From: Octopus bimaculoides
Lineage: Eukaryota
Direction: 5' to 3'
Length of the DNA stretch: 41,860 nt
NCBI RefSeq assembly: GCF_001194135.2
Contig: NC_069006.1
Span: forward strand, 12,832,544 to 12,874,403
This document shows, one piece after another, positions 12,710 to 23,680 of the stretch. Each line of letters opens with the position of its first letter. Position 1 is the stretch's first letter. Under the pieces are notes generated by a model. It saw only the letters and a program-made list of their open reading frames with translations. It did not search any database and had not been told where the DNA came from. The position numbers were made by a program, and so were the translations under genes.

Positions 12710-12832
12710 CGGAGGTCGATAAACGATCAGTTGAGGCATGTCCATAATGGTCATCGTATGTGTGAATATTCTTCTGGTAACTCCGAAGTATTGGCATAGG
12801 GTAAAATAGGTCGTCGTAGGGAGAATCCAACG
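12710..12832 (-). CDS. Candidate exon, 123 nt: LDSPYDDLFYPMPILRSYQKNIHTYDDHYGHASTDRLSTS
   Basis: Acceptor CCTCTCTTCTTCCTTTCTTCTCATCCAG, donor CCG|GTGAGT; phase 1-1 and open (phase 0 is also open). Confidence 0.5.
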
Positions 12833-13204
12833 CTGGATGAGAAGAAAGGAAGAAGAGAGGAAGATGTACAGATAGCCTCTTACAACGGTTTCAAGAATAG
12901 ATGCACAGATGGTGCATTTTCCTGTAAACGATCAGCAGCCGGCAATGGGGAGGCGGTGCCTCAGATTGGCCGCAGTCAAATGACTGAAACAAGTGAAAGA
13001 TAAAAGATAAATCGTTGCAAAGGAATTACGAGCAGAATGTAGAGTGAAATAATGAAAACATTATGGAATGTGTAATTTTATAGAGTTCGAGTAAGTAGGG
13101 AGTTTAGAAAGGGGGAACAGGTAAGGATTTCCGAGATAGATGGAGAGCGATAATCATATTAAAACACGAGGGACAAGGTGGTACACCAAAGATTTAATTG
13201 GTTT

Positions 13205-13418
13205 CAAATTTTAGCATGAGGCTAGCAGGTTCGAGGAAGGGGTAACTCGATTAAATCGACCCCAATGTTCAACTAACTGGTACTTATTTTATCGACCCCG
13301 AATGGATGAAAAGCAAAGTCGACCTCAGCGGAATTTGAACTCAGAACGTAAAGACGGACCAAATGGCATTAAGCATTTTTTCCCAGTGCGGTAGCTACTC
13401 TCCCGGTTCGCTGCCTCA
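13205..13418 (-). mobile_element. SINE family A
   Basis: ATCGACCCCGAATGGATGAAAAGCAAAGTCGACCTCAGCGGAATTTGAACTCAGAACGT. Confidence 0.85.
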
Positions 13419-13831
13419 CTACGGATTTAATTCAATTAAATAAGCATATGATGCATTTCTAATTTATGCCACTGAAAATTGTATGGAGAGATTCAAAACG
13501 CTACATTTGGATTTCCGATAAAATGAGGACGTTTTGAAGAATCTGTGGACACAATTCGTGAACGCTTCATTTTGTCTGTTCAGTAATGGCGGTGATTATG
13601 TAATAGGATTTGTATAGACTCTTTTAAGCATAACCAACACATTTGTAGATCCAGTTTATACTTTTATCTCATAGACACACACACACACACACACACACAC
13701 AAAGGGCAAGAGCGTGACAAAGTAGCAGACAGAGACAAGCAGAAGTTACCATAAAACAATTGTTGCATAATTAAGCATGGTAATTTGGTTGTTAGAGAGC
13801 GAAAGAGAGACAAAGTGTGTGTGTGTGTGTA

Positions 13832-13876
<45 letters not shown>

Positions 13877-14254
13877 AAGAGAGAGAAAGAGAGAGACAGA
13901 GAAGGAGAGGGAGAGAGAGATGGGAGGTGTAGGTGAAGCAGTGAAGATCCGGTTAATTAGATTAAATAAGTTAGTCGGCTGCAGTGTTAAAAAAAAAGAT
14001 CATTTTTAACTCAACTTCTAAACTACCATGAAATAACAGTAATGTCTCCAGTTTCATTTGTTAAGCAATTCAACTTACACAGCATCTGTAAAACAATGAG
14101 ACACGTTGACATATGGCTTCTTTTATCCTATGATGCAGGGTGGTGGTTGTGGTGATGGCTACGGTGGTGGTTGATGATTAACCCCAGGGTCAGCCGTCAT
14201 CAAACAGACCAATTATTATTATTTAGTTGTTATAGTAGAAAGGATTATTATTTT

Positions 14255-14570
14255 CATGTACACACAACAGATAAGACTGTTGGAAAAGAAAAATCCTAAC
14301 ATCGGGTTACAACAAGTAACCTTAGCTGCCAAGAAGCCTCCTAGATCATGTGTTCCTCTAGCCTCCTAGATCATGTGTTCCTCTAGCCTTCTTCCTGTTC
14401 TTCTAACAGTAAATTCTGGTTGTTAAGGTGCTCGTAAATGCTTTCTGAAAGCATTCCTATTAACAGCTTCCACACTAATAGTAAGCAAGTGATTGGTCTG
14501 TAGTTGCTAGTTGTATTACCCTTGCTCTTATCCTTCATGAGTATTGTCCTCCCGCTAGTGTACACGTGTG
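14255..14570 (-). mobile_element. R4/Dong-type retrotransposon fragment: RT start joined to the C-terminus and 3'UTR
   Basis: TSGRTILMKDKSKGNTTSNYRPITCLL...EEQ, then a 24-bp tandem duplication (about 14336-14385) and RRLLGS* with 3'UTR. Confidence 0.75.
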
Positions 14571-14599
14571 TGACAGAGTGCGAAAGAGGGGAAGGATGA

Positions 14600-14730
14600 T
14601 TGTGTTTGGGGGTATTTGGATAATTTCTTCACTTCTTTTAAACAAATCACCTGTTTGGGACTGATTTGTGTATTGCGAGGCATTTCTTTTCCGTACACCC
14701 TGATAACAATATCTGGTCCGTTAGCCTTGA

Positions 14731-14761
<31 letters not shown>

Positions 14762-16540
14762 GTATTGGCATATCCCAACACATGGTCGATTTGCCAGTCT
14801 CTTTTCCTACGGTATTTCTTTTCTGTTGATATTTCATATTGTTGGCACAACTTCCAAGATATGTCAGTTCCAACTCTGTCAAGTCTGTGGATGTATTTCT
14901 TCATCGCTAAGACAGGACAGCGAGAGATGATTTCTTCCTCGTCTCCACATATTCTACAGTTAACTGATTTGTATAAGATATTTTTGTCACCCTACAGTGG
15001 GTATTTTCTAAGTTTTCTAGTTACATAACGCCCGACCATCTTCTGATTGTGGTATCTATGTTTCTATTTCAGATTTCGGATGATTTACTCTAAACACAGT
15101 CGTTATTTTCCTGGCTTTCCTGTCTACTCTTGTTAGTTCGTTTAACGTCCAGCTGAGAATATTCTTTTCTACTCTAGGCACAAGGCCCGAAATTGGGTGG
15201 GGGGACCAGTCGATTAGATCGATCCCAGTACGCAATTGGTACTTAATTTATCGATCTCCGAAAGTATGAAAGACAAAGTCGACCTCGGTGGAATTTGAAC
15301 TCAGAACATAAAGACAGACAAAATACCGCCAAGCTTTTCGCCTGGCGTGCTAACGCTTCTTATTTCTTTATTGCCCACAAGGGTCTAAACATAGAGGAGA
15401 CAAACAAGGACAGACAAAGGAATTAAATCGATTACATCGACTCCAGTGCGTAACTGGTACTTAATTTATCGATCTCCGAAAGGATGAAAGGCAAAGTCGA
15501 CTTCGGCGGAATTTGAACTCAGAACGTAGCGGCAGACGAAATACCGCTAAGCATTTCGCCCGGTGTGCTAACGTTTCTGCCAGCTCGCCGCCTTCGTCCA
15601 GCCGAGAATATTATGACAGATCTTTTCTCTTTCTATTTTTGTCTCTGGATATTTCTTTTCCATGACGCTTGCTTGTGTTTTGATGCTCCTGGTTTAGTGA
15701 CTCTTTGCGAGTAACCACTTTCCTTTGTAACCGCAGAGGCTGTGCATATATTAACATAAGATTGTAATTTTGATGTTTGCATGTTTTACTTAAATCCAGG
15801 ATGGACATGTTTATGCTTTTTATTGTTAGAGAGCCCTTCGTTGATCCACAGAAAGATCTATTGTTTTTAATTCTTGAATTATTCCTAGCTCTAAAATGTC
15901 ACGATCAGTCTTTCCACTTATAGAATATCTTTTTTAAAATCTTCTTCAAATTCTCTTTTATTTACATTTATTGTTTGGACAGTTCTGGTTTGGCTTTTGT
16001 TTGTCAATATTGTGCAATTTGGGGGTTTGGGTTATTTATTTCATTTGTGTGTCACCTCTTAGATTTATCAATGTCGATTCCATTCTCAGTAGTTTCATTA
16101 TTTTAAGCATTTTGTGACCATTACTTGTGTTTTCGCAATGTATTCTTTCTTTGAAATGCTATATTTCAATTTCTGTTACAATTTTGGGGTCCAGTGGGAT
16201 ATTTTACTTCCAAATTTTACACAAATATATTGCTGTATTTTTTCCTTTTGTGGATAAAATTTTACCGTAAATAAAATATGCGTGTAAAATAAAAGTATAT
16301 TCCTCTCGTGTGCATTTATACTTCTTTTTTTGTTTTCTTTGTGAAACTCGAGAAGTAAAGCCTGGCCCTTTATTTAAATTGTCTTCATTTTCATCATCTG
16401 CTGTTTTGTTTGTTCCCGCTGAGATTTGCAAATGGGATTTTTCCTACTTTTCTTTATTCAAGAAATTTCAAGAACACATTCCTCAGTGAAGAACCTTGAA
16501 CTCAATGAAACGGATTTTATTTGAATTGTCATATTTTCCC
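14600..16540 (-). mobile_element. Internally deleted R4/Dong-type element (N-terminus, zinc knuckle, RLE), interrupted by SINEs and (CT)n
   Basis: CRICGDEEEII.SRCPVLAMKKYIHRLDRVGTDISW, IKANGPDIVI and KLSKY; N-terminal-like ORFs at 15611-15808 and 16204-16431. Confidence 0.7.
15164..15594 (-). mobile_element. Dimeric SINE (family B copy 15360-15594 plus family A copy 15164-15359)
   Basis: Two SINE bodies in tandem, flanked by an 18-bp TSD CGTCCAGC(T/C)GAGAATATT (15146-15163, 15595-15612). Confidence 0.9.
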
Positions 16541-16544
16541 TCTA

Positions 16545-16754
16545 AGAAAGGTGAGCGACATAGAAAAAAAATGCTTAGCATCATTCTTTCCCTCGTTACG
16601 TTCTGAGTTCAAATTCTGTCGAGGTTGGCTTTGCTTTTCATCGATAAAATAAGTACCTGTCGAACACTGGGGGTCGCTGTAATCGACCAAGCTCCTCCCA
16701 CCAACATTTTAGGCCACGTGCCTATAGTAAAGAGTATAATAATAATAATAATAA

Positions 16755-16757
<3 letters not shown>
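16545..16757 (+). mobile_element. SINE family A ending in (AAT)n
   Basis: CGTTACGTTCTGAGTTCAAATT...GTCGAGGTTGGCTTTGC...ATAAGTACC. Confidence 0.8.
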
Positions 16758-16785
<28 letters not shown>

Positions 16786-17240
16786 TCAGTAGTCTTACTT
16801 TTATCACGTGCTTTCACTGCACTACCGAGCACAGATATGTGTGCTTTGGGTATGTGCTGTGGTTTGTTGTGGTGTTCTCATTTTCACTCTACTGAAAGTG
16901 TTTTAAGTAGGATGTGTGCAGTGCCTAATAGTGCTACTCTCTGTATGTTATATATACTTGTTAGTCCTGGTGCTTTTGTTATGTATTTGTCTGAATGTTT
17001 TTTTTGTTTTTTTTATCATACTTAATGCACCTATTATGATAGGAATTGTTTCTGTTTCTAGACTTCACCTTTATTTCCAGATCTTTGTATTTTGAAAGAT
17101 TCTCCGTTTCTTTTAGAGAAATATTGTCATCTGTTGGTATTGATACATCGATTAGAAAGCATATTTTTTTCTCGATGATCTCTGACAACTATATCCAGCC
17201 TATTGGCCTTAATTTCTCTATCCTAGAGTATGGTTGCTTT
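16758..17240 (-). mobile_element. R4/Dong 3' fragment
   Basis: KICFLIDVSIPTDDNISLKETENLSKYKDLEIK...GTAHILLK; 3'UTR homologous to 19125-19224; AAT-like tracts on both sides. Confidence 0.85.
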
Positions 17241-17717
17241 CGCTTTATAATAATAATTATTATCATCATCATCATTATTATTAGGATTATTATTAGTGCA
17301 TAAAATACTGGATTCTGAGAGTGTTGGACACATTATCTTGACGTTCTAAGTTCAGTTCCTTTTAAAGGCAACTTTACATTCATTCTTTCGAAGTTAAAAA
17401 AAATTAAGAAAGAACAAACCAAGTACTTACACTAATTCACTATACACCTCCTCAGTAGTAGTAGTAGTAGTAGTAGTAATATTCATGTTCGCTTGTATGT
17501 GTGTATATGTGTGAATATGTGTACGTGGGGATATGCGTTTGTGGATATATACACGTATGTGTATATGTGATATAGCGTGTGTGTGTGTGTGTGCGTGCGT
17601 GTATGTCCGTGTGTGTGTGACGGGCATTACTTCAACAGATGTCACACACGTCTCCTCTCCTGTTTACCCTCCATAACCAAGTCAATAACAGCAACACAAA
17701 ATGGCACAGCTCGCCTG

Positions 17718-17774
<57 letters not shown>

Positions 17775-18044
17775 ACCACACTATATGCCTCTGCCTGTCT
17801 GTTAATTTGTCCCTGTTCATGTATGTATATGTGTTTGTGTGCATGCATGTACATATGCGCATATGTATGTATGCGTGCACATATGTGATATGTAGACATA
17901 TATGCATATTTGCATGTGTATGTATGTGTATATGTATACATATATATAAATGCTACTTATATGCGTATGTGTGTGCTTTTTGGTATAAAAGTAATATATG
18001 CATTTATAGCTGATCTTATCTGTCTGTCTCTTTATTTATATCCA

Positions 18045-18082
<38 letters not shown>

Positions 18083-18176
18083 NNNNNNNNNNNNNNNNNN
18101 NNNNNNNNNNNNNNNNNNNNNNNNNNNNNNNNNNNNNNNNNNNNNNNNNNNNNNNNNNNNNNNNNNNNNNNNNNNN

Positions 18177-18235
<59 letters not shown>

Positions 18236-19005
18236 GTATTTGTAATTTTTAAACTAGCACAGACATATTGGAAGAACAAAAGAGAGAAAAGGACAAAGAG
18301 AGAGAGAGAGAGAGACTAAGAAATAAAGGGTGTATAGTGGAGTAGAGAGGAAGGGAGAGTGGAGTGGCAATTGATAATTATTCTACATAATTATTATACC
18401 TAATTATTTTATATATTCTACATAATTATCATATAATTTCCCACTGTTCATTATCTATATGAAGCTAATATAACAATTATATGTATATAATTATACGCAC
18501 ATGAATATGTAGTGTGTGTGTGTGTGTGTGTGGTTCAGTTGTTTGCTTCGCAGCCATGCAGCCCCAGGTTCGACTCCAATGCACAGAACCTTATGAAAGC
18601 GCTGACAAAAATCTTAGTGAAATTAGAGATTTATTTAATAGAAACTATCAGTAATAGTTCCCCGTATGATGTAAGTTCTGGTATTCTATTTTGTTGATAT
18701 TTTATATTTTCTGGAAAATTAAATTTTTTTGTTTTTGTTTTATCGAATATGACTTCCACTACCGAACATTGCGTGGGGAACAGAGGGTGTAGGAGTGGCG
18801 CTTACAACCCCCCCCCCCCCACAAAAGTTTGGGAGAGTGCAATGATGCAACACTTCGAACAATCCCCTGAAAAACTTCATCACCACATTGAACGAGCGTA
18901 GAAAAATTTTCGGACTGATGTGAAATATTACTTTTCTATTATTGGATTCATCTACTTTGGTTGATGTACAACAACAACAACAATAATAATAATAATAATA
19001 ATAAT

Positions 19006-19242
19006 AAAAATATTCAGACAAATACATAACAAAAACACCAGGGCTTACAAATATATATAACATACAGAAAATTGCACTACTGGGTACTGCACACATTCTA
19101 CGCAAAACACTTTCAATACAGTAAACATAAGAGCACCACAGCAAACCACAGCACATACCCAAGGCGCACAGAGCTGCGCTCGGTAGTGAAATGAAAGCAC
19201 GTTATAAAAATAAAACTACTGAACAATAATAATAATAATAAT
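19006..19242 (+). mobile_element. R4/Dong 3' fragment with (AAT)n tail
   Basis: KYSDKYITKTPGLTNIYNIQKIALLGTAHILRKTLSIQ* (stop 19122-19124); (AAT)n on both sides. Confidence 0.85.
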
Positions 19243-19860
19243 GAAACCGAGACCTGCCCCATGATAAAAACTGGTGGGAACACAAACCACCTCCAGTGCT
19301 TGAAAATGATCACGTCTTACTCCTCTGGAACTTCATTCAAACTGACACAAAGATAGGTGCAAATAGGCTAGACATTATATTGAAAGATTTCAGACAAAAA
19401 TCATGCCTCCTCATTGATATGACTGTCCCAATCGGCATAAATGTATCTGTCAAGACCTACCAAAAACTGAGCAAGTATAAAGATCTTGAAATAGAAATTG
19501 GTAAAATGTGGAACCTCAAAACTAAAGCAATACTTGTTGTCATATGTGCCCTAGGAATGATAGCAAAAGGGGTTGATTCCTACCTAACTCAGATACCAGA
19601 AAACCCCAACATGGCAGAAATTCAAAAAATCGTGCTCATGGGAACTGCCCATATCCTACGTAAAATACTGCCTACGTAATCCCGAATTTTTAAAACAAAC
19701 TTATAATTTTCTCATGCTTTCTTAAACATTCTCTAGAACAATACTTTGTGCAAAACCAAATATATGACACCCTAGGCATAACACCAACATCAACTTGTTG
19801 TCTCTTGAGGTCTCTGGGTGAGACTTGAAGTCAACTTGTACAAATACAAAGCAAAAGTCA
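19243..19860 (+). mobile_element. R4/Dong 3' fragment of a second family, with restriction-like endonuclease domain
   Basis: NWWEHKPPPVLENDHV, ANRLDI, LIDMTVP, KLSKYKDLEIEI and GTAHILRKIL (ORF 19296-19679). Confidence 0.9.
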
Positions 19861-19950
19861 AGAAGAAGAAGAAGAAGAAGAAGAAGAAGAAGAAGAAGAA
19901 GAAGAAGAAGAAGAAGAAGAAGAAGAAGAAGAAGAAGAAGAAGAAGAAGA
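19860..19950 (+). repeat. (AAG)~30 microsatellite
   Basis: Perfect trinucleotide run, seen directly. Confidence 0.95.
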
Positions 19951-19982
19951 AAAATAAGGAGAATACTATTATTATTATTATG

Positions 19983-20210
19983 AAGGCGGCGAGCTGGCAG
20001 AATCGTTAGCATGCTGGACGAAATGCTTAGCGGTATTTTGTCTGTCGCTACGTTCTGAGTTCAAATTCCGCCGAGGTCGACTTTGCCTTTCATCCTTTTG
20101 GGGTCGATAAAATAAGTGCCAGTTGTGTACTGGGGCCGTTGTAATCGAATATCTCCCTCCCTCCCTCAAAATTTCAGGCCGTGTGCCTTTAGTACAAAAG
20201 ATTATTATTA
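19983..20210 (+). mobile_element. Full-length SINE family A with (ATT)n tail
   Basis: AAGGCGGCGAGCTGGCAGAATCG (box A) ... GAGTTCAAATTCC (box B) ... GTACAAAAGATTATTATT. Confidence 0.9.
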
Positions 20211-20300
20211 TATGTTTAACTTTTGCTTTGTATTTGTACAAGTTGGCTCCAAGTCTCACCCAGAGACCTCAAGAGACGACAAGTTAGAAGTTCATGTTAG
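20205..20300 (-). mobile_element. R4/Dong 3'UTR stub, same family as 19243-19860
   Basis: Reverse complement of 19792-19860 with about 4 mismatches in about 69 bp. Confidence 0.85.
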
Positions 20301-21454
20301 AAATACAAGCAACAACAACATGTTTAGTTTTAATATTAAGTTAAGTACGAAGTACAGCTCTTTTGCGAACGTTACAAGAAAATGGAGTTTTAAGACATGG
20401 AACAAATTCGGCCAAAGAATTAATGCGTGACAGTGGTTTGTCACAGAAGTGAGTTCCTCCTTGCTCGAAGAATTTATTGAGAAACAGGCAAAGAAGAATG
20501 TGATAAACCTCAGCTTTGCGAAAACTGTAGCAGATTTTTTATAAACCTTCAAAGGAACGGTTAAAAAAACTGATGATGTGCCGAAGTGTGGAACGACTTG
20601 TGCTCCATTTTGGTAAAATATATAAAGGTATATATGTACCAGACCAAGCTAGTGCATCACACACCTGCCCGTTTGTGTCACAATGCATAGGACGACATAA
20701 CACCGGTATCACAGCAACGAGTAACATTGACTCTTGGATCATCGTCACATTTGCGGCACTTCACAGGCAAGTGTCACATGGTCTGAAAGACATGAAGGTT
20801 TAGTTGGCCTCGGAGTCATCCTGAAATTGTATTCTAACTTGTGCACAGTGAGAAAATCTTCAAGATTGATCGTGTTGGGCAGACAGGCTAAAGGCTTGTC
20901 CATCTCAAGGTAACTCATCTCCAGCTATATTCAAAATGTCTTTTCCTTAATATCTTAAACCATTTTCTCGTCCCGAAACCGCAATGGTATTGCTGATGTT
21001 AATGTTGTGTTCCTTATTTTCCCAATTCTCATCCAACTCAATTTGTGTTTCGCTGTTTCTTTCTCATTTCAAACTTACTGCCCTCATTATCATCCTCTCG
21101 CTCAGACACGCCATCCTCTTCTGTTTTTCTACTTAATTCCTTCATTTCTACTCCTGATCTCCAGCAGGTCTTCTTCACTGCCACAGTTTATCCACTCACG
21201 TTTTGTTCCTTTTTATTTTCCTCCCCCACCCCCACCTTTTCAAAAAATTCTTGTTTGGTTCCTGATGCTGAACTTGTTTCATTCTTAAACCAACTGTTGC
21301 AGGGTCACTCGGTTGCCCTGCCAAAACAATTTCCTGACCCTTCACAAGAATTGCCAGTCTCCTCTACGTCGTCGTTTGACTTCTTTCGTTCAAAGTTGGG
21401 ATACGGTTAGTTATTTTGTCTTTTTATTGAGACATCATTTCTTATTATAATTTC

Positions 21455-21810
21455 AGACTCTTTACGTTCTAAGTTCAATTCTCACCATGGTCAACTTTAC
21501 CTTTCATCCCTCCAGGGTAGATAAAATTAAGTACCACTCAAATACTAGAGTAGATGGAATCGACAAATCCCCTCCCCATTGTTATTATTATTGTTGTTGT
21601 TGTTGAGCTAGCACGCCGGACAAGATACTTAGCGGCATTTCGTCCGTCGTTACGTTCTGAGTTCAAATTCCGCCAAGGTCGACTTTGTCTTTCATCTTTT
21701 CGAGGTCGATAAAATTAGTACCAGCTGAGCACTGGGGGTAGATGTAATCGACTAACCCCAACCCACCCAATTTTGGGCTTTGTGCCTTGAGTAGAAAGGA
21801 TAGTTGTTGT
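21455..21810 (+). mobile_element. Two tandem 5'-truncated SINE family A copies
   Basis: Two GTTC(T)AAGTTCAA / GTTCTGAGTTCAAATTCC cores, separated by a (TTA/TTG)n tail. Confidence 0.75.
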
Positions 21811-22519
21811 TGTTGCTATTTGTAAAGGCGGTTTTGAGGGAGTTCCACTAAAAGTTGGGTGTTAGCACGATTTATTTTAAGTCAAAGATTTGTTTGTTTT
21901 TTTTAACAAGGAGTGGAGCCCCTCAAGACTTGCATATCTATCTACCTAATTATCTGTTATCTTTTTATCTATTTATCCACTTGTTTATCACACACACACT
22001 CTCTCTCTCTCTCTCTCTCTACCCACCCATTCGTCTGTCTATCCATTCATCTATCTGTCTATCAATCTAATTTTTACCGGTCTATCTATCTATTGGTCTA
22101 CATACCTATCTAGTAATATATTTATCCGTTCACCTATCCATATATCTTCCCACCTATCATCTATCTATATCTCCACCTGTCCGTCTATCAACCCACCTGT
22201 CGACTATTTAATTTCTACATACCTTTCTTTCTACTCATCCGTCTCCCTCCCCCCAACACACACACATAATCTAACCAGCTCCATCATCCTAAATAGCTGT
22301 AATTTATTCATTGTTCGAGCAATGTTTGTTTAAACGATTTGTCAACGACGGCTGTAAAGTTGAGACCAGCGACAGCAGCATCGTTTAATTGTCTTTGACA
22401 GAGGAGAAGATCAGTTTACTGTAACTGGAGACCGTTTATAACCTGTTGTGTCCAGGTGGAGCAGTGGTGGGGGCCGTAATAAGACGGTCGATGTTTATAG
22501 AAGTACGGCGAGAAGTAGA

Positions 22520-22870
22520 AAGAAAGAGAACTACAACACAGCAACCAGAGGAGTAAGAATATCTTTTAGTACAACTACAACAACTATAACTAAAATAAAA
22601 AAATAGCAACGAGATAGAAAGAATACCATTAATGTAACAATGACAAAACCAAGAACGACAATAAGTATAGGAACAACAACAAGACAAATAGCAGCAACCA
22701 CAACAACAACACAAACCATAGGCGTAAGACTGATAACTACAACAGCAAAATAACAACAACAACAACAACAACAGAAAGGACATGAGCAAAACTACTAACA
22801 ACAATATTAATAAAGTACAAGAGAAATACCACCAATACAACAACCGCATCAATAATAGAATGTACAGGAG
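22520..22870. repeat. Cryptic (CAA/TAA)n low-complexity tract
   Basis: Degenerate ACA/AAC repeats; explains the hydrophobic ORF 22436-23098. Confidence 0.8.
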
Positions 22871-23089
22871 TAAGATGGCGAAAAACAAGAAACAGAAATA
22901 CTTCAACCGTGATAATAATTCGTTTTGTTGGTTACAAGGGCCAAGAGAGATTGGGTAGACAGAACGAGCAAGAAATACAAAACAATGGAAGTTTAGATTG
23001 AATAAAAAGGGGGGGGGGCAACAAAAATAATAAAGAAGGAAAGGTCCCCAGTTGGTAGGGTGGGGAATACAACGTAGGTTAACTGGTGG

Positions 23090-23680
23090 GTAACCCAAGA
23101 CAAAATCTTGGATTAATGTGATGTATCTAAAACATCAAAAGTATTCTGCCACTTGTTTTATTTATAAAGGTTTGGCAGAGGAGAAACTTTAAACTTTTTA
23201 ACCACGACTAACACATAACTTCCTTCGCCATATTCATCTGACAGAAACAAACTAACCATTTCTGAAGGGTGACGGTGGATCGATCGTCACAATTGGAATT
23301 AGCTTATAGCAGGGTACGTTCTACACGAAGTAACAGCTCTATTATACAAACACACATGGTGACAGTACACTACACGAGTCCAGCACGGTTTTGTACAACT
23401 GTTACATCCCGAACAAGTTGGGTTAATGGTATTGCTGAGCTTGCAGATCTTGCCCTGAACAGCATCCACCCCAACCTTTGTAGCAGTAGCAGCACCAGAC
23501 CTGGGACTTTTAGCAGCTGCCCATAATTTCTGACCAGAAACTTCACAAGGAGAGACGACGTAGATTATCCTCATCGATTCACAAAACCTTCCCCAGTCTA
23601 TGGTCACTAATACTCGATAAGATTAGAACACTGATCGCATTGACTGAAAGAGTGGACTGAGTGCCTACTAACGCTCCAAA
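23090..23680 (-). mobile_element. Decayed L1/Tx1 5' fragment (ORF1-like)
   Basis: Off-frame peptide WLKSLKFLLCQTFINKTSGRILL aligns by eye with ILRSAKIVLLPSYRGRRSVKIRI of the 11794 ORF1; multiple stops. Confidence 0.45.

Noticed and set aside
19983-20060. tRNA genes
   Set aside because: Box A/B motifs are SINE heads followed by SINE bodies; no complete cloverleaf.
23299-23607. 102-aa Cys-rich ORF as a toxin or defensin-like peptide
   Set aside because: No signal peptide or convincing splice sites; adjacent frames resemble L1/Tx1 ORF1, so a decayed LINE 5' end is the simpler explanation.
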